Shown one piece after another: positions 60,847 to 64,000 of a stretch of 64,000 nucleotides of DNA. The translations under genes and the position numbers were made by a program. Each line of letters begins with the position of its first letter. Within the stretch, counting starts at the first letter, position 1. The stretch comes from a virus. The notes under the pieces are model-generated. The model had not been told where the DNA came from, did no database searches, and saw nothing but the letters and a program-made list of their open reading frames with translations. The stretch covers positions 15,954-79,953 of the IMG/VR virus record IMGVR_UViG_3300028573_000014; one strand, given 5' to 3'.

Positions 60847-62194
60847 AGTTTGCTTCTTCAGCTTCGCGTTTGCGGAGTTCGCCAGGAGTCATCATGCGCT
60901 TGGGATCTCTGGGGTCGGGAATGAGATTTGATTTTCTGTCGGGTACGCGCTCAACTTTCCAGGTGGTAATGTTCTTAGCAACGTAATCGAAAGATACAGT
61001 TTGTCCCTTCCAATAATCTTCCCCCTTCTTTCCCTTCACGTAGACCATCATCTCAGCAGGGGTAATGCCTTCATGGTGCAGGACCAATGCCGCATTGATC
61101 ACGCCGCGCATGATCTGGATTTGCCAATTCACCACTGGAATTGCTGGGTGGGCTTCAAGCCACGCTTTGAACAGTAAGCCTGCGCTGCGCATCTCATCCG
61201 AAGTGATACCAGCCTGAAACAATTCCTTCGAGAATCGTGAGAACGCGCCAACGCTAAATGTCTTGGGGACATATTTCTCCAGCGCTAGCCTCCACGCTTC
61301 GATAGGACGCATGTGATCCTGGGTTCGGTCCATCGCCTTTTCGAGACAGATGGGGCACGGCTGCTGTGGATTGGCCTCGGACTGCATACCGCCATAGGAT
61401 GGCAATGGTCGGATGCCGCAGAATGTCACAGTCGGCTGGTTGGCCTCGCGCACCAGATGGGCGCGCTCGCCATCCAGCGGATAAATCCAGCGCGTCTTTT
61501 CAGGCGCAGGCGGAAACTCCACCAGGGGGGTCGCCGCAACTGGGGGGTTCTTAGATTCCAATTCTCCAGTAAGGTCAGGAACGATCACTGGAATATCTGG
61601 AACGATCACTTCTGGAATGTTCGGAATTTCCGAAGACTTCACATCCGGGGTTGGAACAACTCCGAAAGAATCTTCTTCTATTGTTGAATCATTCTTGTTA
61701 TTGATTCTTGTTATATTATTCTTGTTTGGGTAAACCTGGTTTAGTACCCCTACTAAACCAGGTTTAGTACCCTCCTCAACCCCATTTACCCCCCCTACTA
61801 AACCAGGTTTAGTACGTAAACCAGGTTTAGTACCCTCGGATCGTCTGTTTATCTCAGAAAGGGTAAAGGTATAGTTGTCCTGAACCACCTTTCCAGCCTT
61901 TGTTGTTTTGTAATTCGGTGACGCAACAATGAGTTTTGCTTCAGAGAGTTCATTTAACCCTTTTCGGACAGTCGGCATTGATACTTTAAGCTGCTTGGCA
62001 ATAGTCTTGATAGACGGATGGGACCTGCCCGTTTTAGACCTTGAATAGTAGCAAAGCAGCATATAGATCGAGAATGCATAGATGCTCAGATCGGGCAGAT
62101 AAACTTCAACGATTTCTCTGTCAGCCCAAAAGTGTCCAGGGTGGCGTTCAGTTCTGGCTTTCATGGGCTGACCATCTTGTATGATAGTCAACAT
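60812..62194 (-). CDS. Replication initiator (HTH_36, lambda O-like)
   Basis: IYMLLC...PSIKTIAKQLKVS..TVRKGLNEL; contains iterons; precedes DnaB. Confidence 0.8.
   Translation of the reverse strand: MLTIIQDGQPMKARTERHPGHFWADREIVEVYLPDLSIYAFSIYMLLCYYSRSKTGRSHPSIKTIAKQLKVSMPTVRKGLNELSEAKLIVASPNYKTTKAGKVVQDNYTFTLSEINRRSEGTKPGLRTKPGLVGGVNGVEEGTKPGLVGVLNQVYPNKNNITRINNKNDSTIEEDSFGVVPTPDVKSSEIPNIPEVIVPDIPVIVPDLTGELESKNPPVAATPLVEFPPAPEKTRWIYPLDGERAHLVREANQPTVTFCGIRPLPSYGGMQSEANPQQPCPICLEKAMDRTQDHMRPIEAWRLALEKYVPKTFSVGAFSRFSKELFQAGITSDEMRSAGLLFKAWLEAHPAIPVVNWQIQIMRGVINAALVLHHEGITPAEMMVYVKGKKGEDYWKGQTVSFDYVAKNITTWKVERVPDRKSNLIPDPRDPKRMMTPGELRKREAEEANYEAKYGRKFVG
61670..61833. repeat. Replication origin: four TAAACCWGGTTTAGTAC iterons plus adjacent AT-rich tract
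   Basis: Copies at 61731, 61754, 61799, 61817; TTCTTGTT-rich tract 61670-61730. Confidence 0.8.
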
Positions 62195-62285
62195 GGGTGT
62201 ATACTCCTTAATTGTAGCTTGTTACCCTTCTATGTTTTCCTTTTGCTTTAGCCCGACATACTCCAGTGTCGGGCTTTTGCTTTTG

Positions 62286-62477
62286 TCAGTCAGTCGGCTT
62301 TGTCAGCCACGCCTCGGCAGCCCTCATTGCCTCAACGGGCGTGTGGCATTTCCCGATGGGTCGCCAGCCGCTGAACCGAAACCACCATCCCCTTTCACGC
62401 AGGAATACGCAGACTGTTCCGCCCTCAAAATTTCCACGCCAGTGAGAGCCTTCTTCTTTCCAGACGATCTCATTCAT
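62286..62477 (-). CDS. Hypothetical protein
   Basis: W...GKCHTPVEAMRAAEAW module. Confidence 0.5.
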   Translation of the reverse strand: MNEIVWKEEGSHWRGNFEGGTVCVFLRERGWWFRFSGWRPIGKCHTPVEAMRAAEAWLTKPTD

Positions 62478-62905
62478 GATTTAAATCCTATCTTTAGTGG
62501 CACCGGAAGAAGCCACAGATGGCGAATGTTTTGCACATTTTGCAAATCTTCTGGCAGCGGATAAACCTCAATCCCGTACCAGTTGCCGTATCCCACCTCG
62601 GCTTTGATGGCATACAGTTCGTCCCAGGTCAGACCATCCTCAAAGCGACCATCGGGACGCACCTTGCACCTTGAGATAGACAGGCGTAGCAACCCCGGAT
62701 AGTCATCGTTTTTGCAGACGTACAACTGCACCAGATAATTCCGACTGCGCCAGACTGCATCTGGACGCTGCCAGTCGGGGAAACCTTCGGGCGTTGGGAT
62801 GGCTTCAAGTTCCTCCAGCGGGACCAACGTCAGTCTGGCTGACAGTTTGCCGATGATGGCACGGTTCTCACGAAGCATCTCATTGCGGATATCACGTTTG
62901 CTCAT
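62474..62905 (-). CDS. DUF7694-like conserved phage protein
   Basis: TWDEL.AIK...IEVYP...NIRHLW. Confidence 0.65.
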   Translation of the reverse strand: MSKRDIRNEMLRENRAIIGKLSARLTLVPLEELEAIPTPEGFPDWQRPDAVWRSRNYLVQLYVCKNDDYPGLLRLSISRCKVRPDGRFEDGLTWDELYAIKAEVGYGNWYGIEVYPLPEDLQNVQNIRHLWLLPVPLKIGFKS

Positions 62906-63207
62906 TTGGACTCACTTTCGTCAGGCCATAACTCGTCACGATGAGAGATAAGGGCATCAATGAGACTGTCCACCACTGCCCGACTCTTGAGGCGGATTGC
63001 TACTATTGGTATCCCGTGATGAAGATTGTAGGCAGCAATAAGCTGCTCCATCGGTGGGGTAAACAGGATATGGATCTGAGTAGGCTTGTCACCCTGCTCA
63101 ACGTCGCCTGGTGCCCAGTTCGCTACCTGGAGATCATCCACAGTAGCGACGGCTTGCAGATGGTATTTGCCATCCCGATCCTGTTTCTTGGAAATTGGTA
63201 CGCTCAT
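62902..63207 (-). CDS. Hypothetical protein
   Basis: ATGA-coupled. Confidence 0.5.
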   Translation of the reverse strand: MSVPISKKQDRDGKYHLQAVATVDDLQVANWAPGDVEQGDKPTQIHILFTPPMEQLIAAYNLHHGIPIVAIRLKSRAVVDSLIDALISHRDELWPDESESK

Positions 63208-63725
63208 ATCAGATCCTTTTCCTCTCTGCCGAAAAATGCCCATGCAGGCACGAAATCACAACCTGTTGCCTCTGCCGCTCCCTGATCCGCCTTGCCGTCC
63301 CCGACCATGAGAGTCTGGGCGGACGTAGCCTGCGCAATCTCCATTGCCCGTAGCAGCATTCCAGGGGCAGGCTTGCGCCAGTCTTCGCGCCACTCGTTAG
63401 TGCCCTCGCACTCTACCGGCACCGGACACCACAGGCCAGATGTTTTGCTCTGATAGCGATAGCATTTCAGGACAACGGTCATATACGGTTCTGGAAACAA
63501 CTTCGATATCCGTGCCTCGAAGCGTTCTGGTGTGGACCATCTGGAAGGATCTCCGAAGCCGTCCTTCTCCATCCAGTGACGCAAGCCAATGCTGCCCTGG
63601 TTGGTGCAGATATAGATGATGCCAGGGTTGTCTTCCAGCCACGCAGCGGCATCTGGATAAAGCGTATCCTGGTCGGTGGGGGCCAGTGTGCCGTCGAGAT
63701 CGAAGATGGTGAGTTTATAGGTCAT
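63204..63725 (-). CDS. HAD-IIIA phosphatase (GmhB/PNKP 3'-phosphatase-like)
   Basis: FDLDGTL, TNQG, RKPAPGML, MVGD..AD. Confidence 0.85.
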   Translation of the reverse strand: MTYKLTIFDLDGTLAPTDQDTLYPDAAAWLEDNPGIIYICTNQGSIGLRHWMEKDGFGDPSRWSTPERFEARISKLFPEPYMTVVLKCYRYQSKTSGLWCPVPVECEGTNEWREDWRKPAPGMLLRAMEIAQATSAQTLMVGDGKADQGAAEATGCDFVPAWAFFGREEKDLI

Positions 63726-63735
63726 AGAGTCTCCT

Positions 63736-63987
63736 TTATCGCGGTCCCGATTTATTGGATGCGCCTGTCTCGGTATTAGTGTTGAGATTTTGCTCTGTGC
63801 CCCAATCTTTGGGATTGCTCTGGATGATGCGATACGTCTTCACTGCTACAAAGTCAGTGACAAGAAATTGCACCGTTCCCAACCCATAGCGATTGAAGTT
63901 AAGATTGGCATTGACATAATCCTGCACACTGGCTGGCGTAACCTCTGCCATGTAATGAGTAGCAATGAACTCGGCAACACGTCCCAT
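63736..63987 (-). CDS. Hypothetical protein
   Basis: ORF in minus-strand block. Confidence 0.4.
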   Translation of the reverse strand: MGRVAEFIATHYMAEVTPASVQDYVNANLNFNRYGLGTVQFLVTDFVAVKTYRIIQSNPKDWGTEQNLNTNTETGASNKSGPR

Positions 63988-64000
63988 TGTCTCAACTTGA

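Overview
The window is a 64 kb segment of a tailed dsDNA phage with siphovirus-type, HK97-fold morphogenesis genes. The host is probably Chloroflexota, inferred from an Anaerolineae-style Zn-ribbon/FHA gene. Layout: (1) 1-12.6 kb, minus strand, late morphogenesis operon: TerS, TerL, portal fused to a MuF-like domain, a 2H-phosphoesterase/protease/scaffold/major-capsid polyprotein, head-tail genes, major tail protein, frameshifted tail chaperones and the start of the tape measure. (2) 12.7-38.5 kb, minus strand, middle genes: a sugar-modification cluster (DegT aminotransferase, 3 glycosyltransferases, 2 methyltransferases), HNH, ThyX, an RNA ligase-like gene and many small ORFs. (3) About 38.5-39.4 kb, a divergence point and probable genome end with phased 11-bp arrays. 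(4) 39.4-51 kb, plus strand, AT-richer early block with four near-consensus sigma70 promoters carrying palindromic operators, an Ocr-like DNA mimic, a beta-clamp homologue, a strongly enriched AGCAGGCG motif and an aberrant tRNA. (5) 51-64 kb, minus strand, replication block: initiator with iterons, intein-containing DnaB, DNA methyltransferase, HAD phosphatase. The most striking signal is that, besides intact TerL, portal and DnaB, the phage encodes separate catalytically degenerate TerL ATPase and TerL nuclease domains. It also has a dispersed set of small ORFs, each embedding a short peptide resembling a conserved motif of TerL, portal or DnaB. I propose these are a decoy/mimic system against host receptors that sense phage core proteins. 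All similarities were judged by eye; no database searches were run.
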